Source of the DNA: Octopus bimaculoides
Taxonomy: Eukaryota
Direction: 5' to 3'
DNA: 38,695 bases
Assembly: GCF_001194135.2 (NCBI RefSeq)
Contig: NC_069001.1
Span: 37,144,060-37,182,754 of the forward strand
Numbering within the stretch: position 1 is the stretch's first letter; every line of letters starts with the position of its first letter. Both the position numbers and the translations under genes were made by a program. A model generated the notes under the pieces. That model saw nothing but the letters and a program-made list of their open reading frames with translations, made no database searches and was not told where the DNA came from. Below are positions 21,728 through 32,343 of the stretch, in pieces.

Positions 21728-23185
21728 ATGATGGAAAATAAATTGCGTGGGAACGAGCTTAAATGCAGAACAGAGTTTCCAAGGAATAATTTCCCTGGAG
21801 AAAAGCTGAACGAATTTGGAAGAACATCTAAGTTTGGTGATATCAGTGAAAAATCATTTTCTCAAAAAGATAACCCAACTAAATACAAACATTTTCATAC
21901 CGGTAAGAAGAAAACATATCAGTGTGATATCTGTGGTAAATCATTTTCTGGAAGTAGTGACTTAATTAGTCACAGATGTATTCATACAGGAGAGAAACCA
22001 TATTGCTGTAATGAATGCGGGAAATCATTTTCTAGAAATAGTAACTTGGTTGTACACAAACGTGTTCATACAGGAGAGAAGCCATATCACTGTGATATCT
22101 GTGGTGAATCTTTCTCTAGAGGAAATCACTTAACTACTCACAAACGTGTTCATACAGGAGAAAAGCCATTTCATTGTGATATCTGTGGTAAATCATTTTC
22201 TCAGTCTGCTAACTTAACTACTCATAAATTTGTTCATACAGGGGAGAAACTATATCAGTGCGATATTTGTGATAAATCATTCTCTGTGATAAGTCACTTA
22301 ACCACTCACAAGCATATTCATTCAGGAGAAAAACCATATCCCTGTAACATTTGTGGTAAATCATTCTCTCAAAATTATCGATTAACAATACACAGACGTG
22401 TTCATACAGGAGAAAAACCTTATCAATGTGATGTCTGCGGTAAATCATTCTCTCAAAGTGGTGAATTACCTACTCACAAACGTATTCATACAGGCGAGAA
22501 GCCATATCCCTGTGATATCTGTGGGAAATCGTTTTCTGGAAGTAGTAACTTGGTTGTACACAAACGTATACACATGGGGGAGAAGCCATATCATTGTGAT
22601 ATCTGTGGTGAATCTTTCTCTAGAAGAAATAACTTAACTACTCACAAACGTGTTCATACAGGAGAAAAGCCATTTCATTGTGATATCTGTGGTAAATCAT
22701 TTTCTCAGTCTGCTAACTTAACTGCTCATAAATTTGTTCATACAGGGGAGAAACTATATCAGTGTGATATCTGTGATAAATCATTCTCTGTGACAAGTCA
22801 CTTAACCACTCACAAGCAAATTCATTCAGGAGAAAAACCATATCCCTGTAACATTTGTGGTAAATCATTCTCTCAAAATTATCGATTAACAATACACAGA
22901 CGTGTTCATACAGGAGAAAAGCCTTATCAATGTGATGTCTGCGGTAAATCATTCTCTCAAAGTGGTGAATTAACTAATCACAGACGTATTCATACAGGAG
23001 AGAAGCCATATCCCTGTGATATCTGTGGTAAAGCATTCTCTCAGAGTGGAGAATTAACTACACACAAGCGTATTCATAGTGGAGAAAAACCATACCACTG
23101 TAATATCTGTGGTAAAGCATTCTCTAGAAATAGTCACCTAAAGAAGCACAAACTTATTCATACAAGAGAGCAGACGTTTGTTTGA
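21728..23185 (+). CDS. C2H2 zinc-finger protein ZNF-C, 485 aa, 15 fingers, with an internal 6-finger (504 bp) duplication
   Basis: Uninterrupted ORF; fingers 3-7 recur as fingers 9-13. Confidence 0.95.
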   Translation: MMENKLRGNELKCRTEFPRNNFPGEKLNEFGRTSKFGDISEKSFSQKDNPTKYKHFHTGKKKTYQCDICGKSFSGSSDLISHRCIHTGEKPYCCNECGKSFSRNSNLVVHKRVHTGEKPYHCDICGESFSRGNHLTTHKRVHTGEKPFHCDICGKSFSQSANLTTHKFVHTGEKLYQCDICDKSFSVISHLTTHKHIHSGEKPYPCNICGKSFSQNYRLTIHRRVHTGEKPYQCDVCGKSFSQSGELPTHKRIHTGEKPYPCDICGKSFSGSSNLVVHKRIHMGEKPYHCDICGESFSRRNNLTTHKRVHTGEKPFHCDICGKSFSQSANLTAHKFVHTGEKLYQCDICDKSFSVTSHLTTHKQIHSGEKPYPCNICGKSFSQNYRLTIHRRVHTGEKPYQCDVCGKSFSQSGELTNHRRIHTGEKPYPCDICGKAFSQSGELTTHKRIHSGEKPYHCNICGKAFSRNSHLKKHKLIHTREQTFV

Positions 23186-24129
23186 TTTTCGTGATAATTC
23201 ATACTGTCGGAAATGTCATTTAGCAACATATGAATGTATTCACACAGGAGAAAAGCCCTATTGCTGCCTGTGATATATTATTCTTGCTAACAAGTAGCTT
23301 GACTAGATTGAAGTATATTTAAACATGAGAGGTGCTGTATCACTGATATTGGTGGTAAATGATTCCTTGAAAGGAAGTCCCTTCATTCAACAGATTTATT
23401 CAGACAGAAGAATAACTATTAATATCAGAAGTCATTCTATAAAAAAATAATTTTTTTAAATCATAAAGATTTCTTTCAGAAGAAAGAAGATATAATATCA
23501 TCACAATAAGCTTTAAACCCTTTATTTTATTTGGCCATATCAGCATGTGATAACTTACCACTATGATATTCTTGAAAATCATTCTTTGAAAAAAAAAAAA
23601 AATACCATCGAATTATTTGACATAGTGGGTATATAACTGGGAAATTTATACTCATAGATCAGGGATGACAACACTGCACAGTTATGTTAGAAATAAATAC
23701 ACAGATCATGAGAGACTCTTTTATCACACCTTAATATGTATGAACTATATACAGTATGAAATATTATGTTGTGGACTCATGAAGGAACTGATTCTTTTGG
23801 ATAATGGTTATATAACATTATCTGGTTTCTTTTAAACTTTATTTTCCATTCAGTTATAATATTTGCAAAAAGAAAAAACTACAAAAGCTGTCTTCTGTAA
23901 ATTGGTAGGAAAGAAATAAGTCTAAATACAATTGAGAATGAAGAAGTAAAGAAGCTATGTTTTGTGGAATATGAAAAGAAGAATTCTAGCATGGTAAATT
24001 GTTTGCTACTGTTGTTCTGAATAAATAAAAATTGCTGAAGTTTCAACACATGTTCTGTTTTATATTAGAAGTAGCTCAGAAAGAGACAAACATTTCTGGA
24101 AAAATGTAAATTTTTCCGCTTTGACAAAG

Positions 24130-24312
24130 GCAGAGAGCTGGCAGGATTGCTAGCACGCCAGGCAAAATGGCACTAAGCATTTTGTCCGTCTTCGTGTTCT
24201 GAGTTCAGATTCCACCCAAGTAGACTTTCCCTTTCACCCTTACAGAGTTGATGTGATCAATTTTTTCCCTCCCCCAAATTGTTGGCCTTGTGCCAAAATT
24301 TGAAATAAGTAT
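24130..24312 (+). mobile_element. SINE family B, diverged copy
   Basis: ggcagagagctggcaggattgctagcacgccaggcaaaatg..gttctgagttcagattcc..ggccttgtgccaaaatttgaa. Confidence 0.6.
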
Positions 24313-24359
24313 TAACATTTTGGGGTAATTAATCCAGAGTTGTTAAGTAGAAAAAGAAC

Positions 24360-24510
24360 CATCATCATCATTCGATGTTCATGTTCCATGCTATCATAGT
24401 TTGGATGATTCGACTGGATCCAACAAGTTCAAAGACTGCAGTGTCTGCTTTGACCTGGTTTCTCTGACTAATGTCCTTCCTCAGTCTACTGGTTGCTTTT
24501 TTCGTGGCAC
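24360..24510 (-). mobile_element. Degenerate RTE-type 3' tail
   Basis: catcatcatcattcgatgttcatgttccatgctatcatagtttggatg. Confidence 0.5.
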
Positions 24511-25313
24511 AAGCACTAAGTGAGGTCTATGTAACTTTCGAGACTAATATCCCTTTTGACTGGGTGGGGTTATAGTAAAGAAGGAGATAGTCTTATGCAA
24601 TGAGATAATTAGCAAGAAATGGGTGGCATATCACAGGTTTTTTGCTGTCTTTCAACAGGAATTTTGTTGGAGACATTTAATGAACCAATAATATTGAACA
24701 TAAAATCTTAGAACAAGGGAAAGAATTTAATTTGTAAAATATAAATTGCATTGATTTTGATTCAGTTATTTAAAATTGTTTACTGTAACATGAAAATTCA
24801 GATACTGTGAAAAGAGTGGTGTGTAGAGTTTACTTTGTATTTCAGTTGATGTTATATATTTAATAAAATCACTGGATATTATATTGCACCAGTTGTGGTG
24901 TATAAATGTTCATAGTAGTTGTATATACACAGTTAGTGTGTATACTTTGGTATATATGTTCATTTTGTATATATTGTATTGTACCAGTTGTGCTACATAA
25001 GTGATTAGTGGTGGATGTTTGTTTGGTTTTTACCATATTACCATTGAGATACACTGCCTTTGTTTTGGTCAATTTTGAAAATAATGAAGAATTTTGTGAA
25101 ATAATTTAAGCTGGTGTTTGGAACACAAACATGAAAGTTCAATGGAAGCTATTTAAATATGGCTCAAGCACATTGGTATTAAAAGGGTTAAATCAATCCT
25201 GTGAGCTTTGGATGGAGCAGAAAATTCTGGACGTATTTCTTCACATTGCAAATATATATGAATGCTTCTTCATATGAAATCAAAGACATTAACATCATCA
25301 TCATCATCATAAT

Positions 25314-25505
25314 AATAACCATTTCTACTATAGGCACAAGGCCTGCAATTTGAGGGAGGGGGACAGTCGATTACATTGACCCAAGTACTCAACTGGTACT
25401 TAGATTATCGACCACAAAATGATGAAACATGAAGTTGACCTTGGCGAAATTTGAACTCGGAATATAGTGACAGGCACGCTAACAATTCTGCCAGCTCACT
25501 ACCTT
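25314..25505 (-). mobile_element. SINE family B
   Basis: (AAT)n-ccatttctactataggcacaaggcctg..gtcgattacattgaccc..ttgaactc..aattctgccagctcact. Confidence 0.7.
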
Positions 25506-25525
25506 AATGATAATAATAATGATAG

Positions 25526-26077
25526 ATGCCCTGATACAGTAACAGGCAGTTGCTCTCATGGTTTCTGATCTTAAATGATTGAAAGTTGTACATGTACATG
25601 TTTTGTCTTGATGTAAAAGATAGGTTACAGCAAATATGCTGCTCAGTATCACAGATTTGCTTGTTAGATGCTTGACCTTAACCAGTTAAGCATATCCTTT
25701 ACTGGATGACAATCCATGCATCTCTGATCACGAGCAGGAGTAGTGGGGGAGCATTATAGTCATGTGTTGAGAGGTATTATTTGGGGTTTGAATACTTCAC
25801 CTCTGGAAACATGTTTTGTTCATCATCCTTAAACAATCCTTAATTAGGGAGCTTTTGCGCAAGGTGGGCTATTCAACCTGAAGAAAATTCTAGCTGGGCC
25901 CCACCTGCAAGGTCATGCACTATTTGTCTTGATATGAGATCACCATGTCGTGCACATATCGTTGTGATGCATGTGCCTGGTATACCCCTGTCAGATGGGT
26001 TGTTATGATGGATATATTCGGTTTTGTATATTTCCACCCTAGTGTCACTTTCATGGCATGCATTGCTCTTTCACTCA
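25526..26077. repeat. Unclassified ~550-bp repeat-like segment bounded by (TAA)n on both sides
   Basis: Sharp composition change between taataataat (to about 25523) and ataataat (26078). No convincing ORF. Repeat status inferred from context and recalled similarity to an octopus repeat. Confidence 0.4.
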
Positions 26078-26079
26078 AT

Positions 26080-26200
26080 AATAATTTTGGCCCAAGGCCA
26101 GCAAATTCGAGGATGGGGTTAACTCCATTACATCAATTCCCAATACTCAACTGGTACTTTATTGACCCCAAAAAGATGAAATGCAAAATCGACCTTGGTG
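26080..26200 (-). mobile_element. SINE family B, partial
   Basis: ttttggcccaaggccagc..ctcaactggtactttattgacccc..gatgaaatgcaaaatcgaccttgg. Confidence 0.6.
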
Positions 26201-26240
26201 GAAGATAATGATGATGATAATAATAAGAGAAAAAAATTCA

Positions 26241-26457
26241 GACAAATACGTAACGAAAACACCAGGACTTACAAGTATACAGAACATATAGAAACTAACA
26301 CTCCTAGGCACACCCTACGTAAAGCACTTTCAATACAGTGAAAACAAGAACACCACAACAAACGACAGCACATACCCAAGGCACACAGACCTACGCTCGG
26401 TAGTGCAGTGAAAGCACGTGATAAAAATAAGACTACTGAATAATAATAATAATAATA
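26241..26457 (+). mobile_element. 3' end of an R4/Dong-type (RLE-encoding) non-LTR retrotransposon with (AAT)n tail
   Basis: Decayed frame DKYVTKTPGLTSIQNI*KLTLLGT[del]LRKALSIQ* resembles the QKxxLLGTAHILRKxL C-terminus of R4/Dong ORFs. About 100-bp 3'UTR, then (AAT)6. Confidence 0.65.
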
Positions 26458-26462
26458 GAGAT

Positions 26463-26570
26463 AATGATTTAAAATTTTGGCACAGGGCTGTAATTTCGGA
26501 GAAAGGAGTAAGTCGATTACTTATTTTATCGGCCTCGAAAGGATGAAAGCTAAAGTCGATCTCAGTTGAA
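26463..26570 (-). mobile_element. SINE family B, partial
   Basis: aattttggcacaggg..aagtcgattacttattttatcggcctcgaaaggatgaaagctaaagtcgatctc. Confidence 0.6.
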
Positions 26571-27010
26571 TAATAAATAATACATATGAAGGAAAGCGGG
26601 ATGTACTGAGAATTGTCTCCCTTGATATATGTCCGTATTTGTTGGTGTTGGTTCTAGTGTTGTTTCGTTAAAATCTGTTCTGGTTTATGTGAATGTTTCA
26701 TTCTGCTTTGATGGTAAAAAGTAATCTAGTTTTTTTATTTTTTATTTTTAATGTACCCACTTCAGAGTATTCGGCCCATGATCGTAAAGTCATGTGTATG
26801 ATTCCTGGCGGCCCGCTGTGTTGTTGAACAAGGTACTCTACTTCACCTTGCTGCAATCCAATCAGCTGACAAAAATTAGTTATAGCTGTAATTCATTGTT
26901 ATTTTCTGAAGTATAAGTTCAATAAAAGTTAGTCAAATAAAATAATGACTAAAGATACATGTGTCCGCAAATACTATCTGCTCCCTGCATTCCACCCAGT
27001 TTTTCTCTAG

Positions 27011-27495
27011 GTCATAACAGGAATTTAAGACTGGATGCCCTTGGGAACTACGATATGCTGATGATCTTGCATTTATAGCAGAATCTGTAACAGGGCTAGA
27101 AATGATTCCAGGTGTGGAAGCAAACCTGGAATTGAAGTGTCTTACAGTAAACTTAAAAAAGACCAAGGTCCTATTAATTTAAAAAATGGATAGGACCCTA
27201 ACACCTTCAAATAAATGGCCCGGTTTGATATGTAGGAAAGGTGTAGGCAGGAATTCCATACAGTATCCAGTGACAGCTATGGATATACAAGAGGTGCAGT
27301 GGAATAATAGGAATGTTAACAGAGAAAGGAGCATTTGTGTATGGGAGATGCACAGGAGTGTTAAAGTCTACAGATACAAGGGAAGACTGTGTTAGTGCAG
27401 TCGTGCTGTAAATAGACAAGGACAGTTGCATAAAGAAGTACCAATCACTTAAAGCAGATAAAACTTGCAGAAGAGGGAGACCTAGGAAGACATGC
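27011..27495 (+). pseudogene. Decayed, internally deleted RTE ORF2 (RT core, Cys/His insert and C-terminus)
   Basis: EFKTGCPWELRYADDLAFIAES..LELKCLTVNLKKTKVL, then KWPGLICRKGVGRNSI..W(I)HKRCSG.., then ..CRRGRPRKT, with frameshifts. Confidence 0.8.
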
Positions 27496-27498
27496 TCT

Positions 27499-27672
27499 AT
27501 GCTTACTAATGAATTGAAAAGGCATGCTCTGATTGTAGCCTTGAAGGCTAAGCATGGTGATTTAAACATTTTTCGTCTTCTGAAAGTTGCAAGATCTTCT
27601 GTCCACAAGATTCAATGTGAGTTAGAGAAAGATGGAAGCATATTACCTATAATAGAGCGCGATTTCTTTTGA
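27499..27672 (+). pseudogene. Tc1/mariner-superfamily (possibly maT-like) transposase N-terminal HTH fragment
   Basis: MLTNELKRHALIVALKAKHGDLNIFRLLKVARSSVHKIQCELEKDG has an HTH pattern of the KR..II......I...L.V.RS.V type. Confidence 0.5.
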
Positions 27673-27695
27673 AGTTAGCATGGCATGCTACGTAT

Positions 27696-28080
27696 CACAG
27701 TGGCTGTGGTAAACATACCTTCTTCCCCCCCCCCTTACACACACATGCCAGTTATCTCTCTTTCTTTCTCTCTCTCCCTCTCTCTTACACACACAGCAAC
27801 ATTACACACACACACCCACATGCCATTCTCTCATACTAACAAAAGAACTTCACATACGCACCACACTTTCTGTCTCGCATACTCACTATAAAAAGATCGC
27901 CTCTTATTTCTTTCGAAGTTGGCACGTGTGTGTGTAATGTTGCTGTGTGTGAGAGAGAGAAAGAAAAAAAAAGAAAGAGAGATAACTGGCATGTGTGTGT
28001 GTAAGGGAGAGAGAGAGAGAAGGTATGTATTTTTTTTTTTTGCTTGTTTGCTGCTTACCACAGCCACTGTGGTAAGCAGC
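27696..28080. repeat. Foldback (inverted) repeat built from microsatellite-rich arms, ending in a 13-bp-stem hairpin
   Basis: 27696-27824 is the reverse complement of 27921-28071. gctgcttaccaca-gccac-tgtggtaagcagc at 28050-28080. Confidence 0.75.
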
Positions 28081-28750
28081 ACCCAACACTTTTTACGGAA
28101 AATGCCGAAGTGGTGTAAATAAACACCCCTCATACCCGGACTAGTATCGAAAGATCGCCCGTACTACTGTATGTTTACACACACACACACACACACATGT
28201 ATAGTAGGTAGATTTGACTTTTTTTTTCAATTCCAAAGCCTTAGTGACGTTTGTTTGTCAATAGCTGTCAAAAGCCACATCCGGTTGAGCATGCGCAGAA
28301 AATCATTTCATTCCAATACATACGTTTTGTCGTCTCCAATATTTCTATATTGACAGCAGTTATCTTTACGACGTCTATGCTGCAATTATTGGCGTCTGAA
28401 TCATGCAGTTGTACCTCTTATCATGAGCTAGCTCATCAATCAGGCTCGTTGTGGATATATGCTTCGGAATTCGGAGCTTCTACCTGCTGGCTTAAAAGTT
28501 CAGCTTTTGAACTTTAGGCAGACAAGGACCGTTTCTTTAACTCTTTCCATAATTCTGCAAACTTCCATTTTAATTTGCTGGTTACTGACACTGACTTACG
28601 CATTTACTTCGAGTTTAGCCATTTCTCTTGACAGGCATGTTTGTCTGTGCGTGTATTTACATATAAATGTACCACTCCAGTACTACTCTTAAACTTCGTT
28701 TTTCTCTCTCTCGTAGACATTTATTGTGATCAGACATGATAATTGTGATT

Positions 28751-28950
28751 ATCGTCGTTTAACGTCCGCTTTCCATGCTGGCATGGGTTGGACAGTTTTG
28801 ACTGAGGGCTGGCGAGAGAGAAGGCTGCACCGGGCTCCAATCCAATCTGACGATGTTTCTACAGCTGGATGCCCTTCCTAACGCCAACCACTCCGAGAAT
28901 GTGGTGGGTGCTTTTTACGTGCCACCAGCACAAGGGCCAGTCAGGCGGCA
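28751..28950 (-). mobile_element. RTE LINE 3' end
   Basis: cgtttaacgtccgctttccatgctggcatgggttgga..ctacagctggatgcccttcctaacgccaaccactcc. Confidence 0.8.
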
Positions 28951-30726
28951 TGCATTTATCAATGTACTTCTAAGTTCCAATCCCACGGGAATAAAATAAT
29001 GTCCCATGCAAGTATTATTTATACGTGGTTTGTGCGAGGGAGGCTGCCTCGTAATGGCAGTGAGAGTGAGCGTTCAAGAGAATCATTAGTAAGTTTTTCN
29101 NNNNNNNNNNNNNNNNNNNNNNGTCTTCAGTTGATCAGCTCTAGGCAGAAGTGGAAAATGAAGAGAGTATACTTGTTTTTTCATACGATTTATTCCCTAT
29201 TAATAGAATAGTTGCGTATCCTTCCATACTGCCTTCGTTAGGGTTCATCAGCACAACTTGACTCAACATTTTAGTCAACAGTTTGTCCATCTACAGACAT
29301 TTAAGACTTACAATTCAAATTGAAGATGATCATTTTTATTTTTATTTCTATAGAATGAGAGTCATAAGTATTGTTTCCTACCCTTTACCTATGTACAAAA
29401 GAAACAGCTGCTGTTGTAGAAAAAGGCTTGTTTGCTATGCTGTGCTGTGAAAACATTTGTAGAATCAATTTTCCGTTTGCAAGATGTTACATGAAGACAA
29501 CTAATAATAACATAAATGAAATTTATTAATACTCTCACATACACGATATGAAACTTTATTTAACTTGAATCTTTAGTTATTTCAAAAACATACAAACTTA
29601 AATCATAAAATATATAATCAGGCAACTAATCCCCACTCCTTAAAATTACTGGCCTTGTGCCAAAATTTGAAACCGATATTGATAATTACAAATACCACAA
29701 TATAATTTAGTGTGGTATTCTTATCAGTTCTGTAAGTGTGGCACAGATGGTAATGTACTGAGCAGTAATTAATTTCATTGATTAATGAGGTACTTCAAAT
29801 CCTACCAGTCAGCCTCAACATTACATTTCATTTCATTATTGATCTGCAGGAAATGTTTGCTATGGACTACTGTTGCTCCAACACATTTGTGTATGTGTAG
29901 GTACAAATGATATTATGCAACAGAAATTTATACAGGACCAAGAAAGAGGTCTCCAACTGACCTGGTTACACTAAAACCCAAGAAATGTAAAGGACAGAGA
30001 ATAGAAATAGTGAATTGAGCAAAACAACAGAGGTATACACAGACAATGCCAAAACGAATTCAGAAGTGATGGCCTTTGTCTGTGTAGGGCAAATCCCATT
30101 CCTTACCTATGGGTATCACACCTACCTCCAAAAACAAATATGCTGATGAGAAACAAATATTCAGGGTATTTATCAGTCCAACCTGAACAAGTTGCAATGC
30201 TAAGTCTCAACCTAGTTTTGCGTTTGTGCTTTAGGTGTTGGGTGTGGGTCATATAAACATGCTGAATATAAGTTTAAACAGACACAAACACACAGAGTTA
30301 TAAGAAATAGGCATCACTGTTATTATGTCTAGAATTTTCTCTATAGAATGGGTTAAGCAAAATACATTGATCATATTTCTTGTTCTTCAATCAGTCACAT
30401 AGTCTATTTGAACAGGCAGCATAGATTCAATGTGGTGACCACAATTTGTCTTGGTCACTTAGATAACAAAATCAAATCTGGAATATTTCCTAAGATCTTT
30501 TGCAATAGTTCACTCTTGTGCCTTTGCACCAGATAAAAGGAAATGTCTAGAGGATTTTTATGTTCACAACACACACTATTAAAATAGCAATGACATAAAT
30601 AGATATTATCTAAAAATTTTCAATTTATTGTATTAAAAGATTATTAGTTTCTTGAAAACAATACATGCTACAGGGAAAATGAAGACAGTTTTCAAATCAT
30701 CATGAAAAATATATTTTGATCTACTG

Positions 30727-31209
30727 AAACGCAATTCTTTGACAGAAATTCCTTGATGAATAGAATGAACATTTTTTACGAAGTAAAAACCAAAAAGATT
30801 TCATTAATTAGCTTTCTTTTATTGTTTAAATCACAAAGCATTCCATTGTTAAATACGTAAAATTTAACACGGAATATAGAATAGATACAAATATGAATGA
30901 AGAGAAGATCGATTTTATACAAACACCAAAAATTATCTTTGATAGAAATTGTTTGTTGAAGACTCATTATTTTCATTAATTTGCTGGAGTATATACATGA
31001 ATGAATGTATAAAAGAGAAAGTATATAAGATATCATACTTATAGCCCAATGTGGTACGATGAAATAATTTCTTTTATCATTTGCAATTTGTAAACTGTAC
31101 AGTGATGTTATCCCTGAATTATGAGAATAAATTTCTCAGTTATTTACCCACAAAGTTCAATAAATTCATTATATTCTGCTTTCCCCCAGGAAATATGTTA
31201 GTTCCAATA
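30727..31209. repeat. Segmental duplicate (3' flank/3'UTR of ZNF-D); partner 38185-38626
   Basis: Near-identical direct repeat (about 95% by eye), offset about 7.4 kb. Confidence 0.9.
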
Positions 31210-31651
31210 NNNNNNNNNNNNNNNNNNNNNNNNNNNNNNNNNNNNNNNNNNNNNNNNNNNNNNNNNNNNNNNNNNNNNNNNNNNNNNNNNNNNNNNNNNN
31301 NNNNNNNNNNNNNNNNNNNNNNNNNNNNNNNNNNNNNNNNNNNNNNNNNNNNNNNNNNNNNNNNNNNNNNNNNNNNNNNNNNNNNNNNNNNNNNNNNNNN
31401 NNNNNNNNNNNNNNNNNNNNNNNNNNNNNNNNNNNNNNNNNNNNNNNNNNNNNNNNNNNNNNNNNNNNNNNNNNNNNNNNNNNNNNNNNNNNNNNNNNNN
31501 NNNNNNNNNNNNNNNNNNNNNNNNNNNNNNNNNNNNNNNNNNNNNNNNNNNNNNNNNNNNNNNNNNNNNNNNNNNNNNNNNNNNNNNNNNNNNNNNNNNN
31601 NNNNNNNNNNNNNNNNNNNNNNNNNNNNNNNNNNNNNNNNNNNNNNNNNNN

Positions 31652-32343
31652 NGTACTGTTAATTTACTAATCGAAGACATTGATTTACCACAGATGTCAC
31701 AGTGATATGGCTGTCCTCCTGTATGAATATATTTGTGTATATTCAAGTGACCACTTCGGGAGAATGATTTACCACAGATATCACAGTGATATGGCTTCTC
31801 TCCCGTATGAGAACGTACATGATTAGTTAAGATGCAACTTTTAGAAAACGATTTTCCACAGATATCACACTCATATGGTTTCTTACCTGTATGAATGCAT
31901 TTATGTCGAATTAAGGGACCTCTCTGACTAAATGATTTACCACACGTATCACACTCATATAGTTTCTCTCTTGTATGAATACGTTTGTGCCTAGTTAACA
32001 CACTATTTCTAGAAAAGGATTTACCACAAACATCACAATGATATGGCTTCTCCCCAGTATGTATCCGTTTGTGTATAGTCAGTGCATTTTTGTTAGAGAG
32101 TGCTTTGCCACAGATATCACAATGATGTAGCTTGTCTCCTGTATGGGTACTACTCTGAGCAGTTATGGGACTTGTTTCAGACAGTGATATACCAATGATA
32201 TCACTGTGTGTAGAATTTCCTCCTTTGTCTTGCAGCATATCATTAGGAAAATCAATGTCTTCAGACTCTGTTTTTATAGGAATTGGTGTCTCACATAATT
32301 CCCTTTTAATCACAATTGGTGTCTCACGTAATTCACATTCCAT
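31652..32343 (-). CDS. C2H2 zinc-finger protein ZNF-D, N-terminal part (5 complete fingers and part of a sixth); 3' end in a gap
   Basis: [69 protein letters not shown]...; the ORF runs into Ns at 31651. Confidence 0.9.

Noticed and set aside
21728-23185. CRISPR-like or satellite array suggested by regular 84-bp repeats
   Set aside because: The repeats are C2H2 finger codons in a eukaryotic gene; there are no unique spacers or cas genes.
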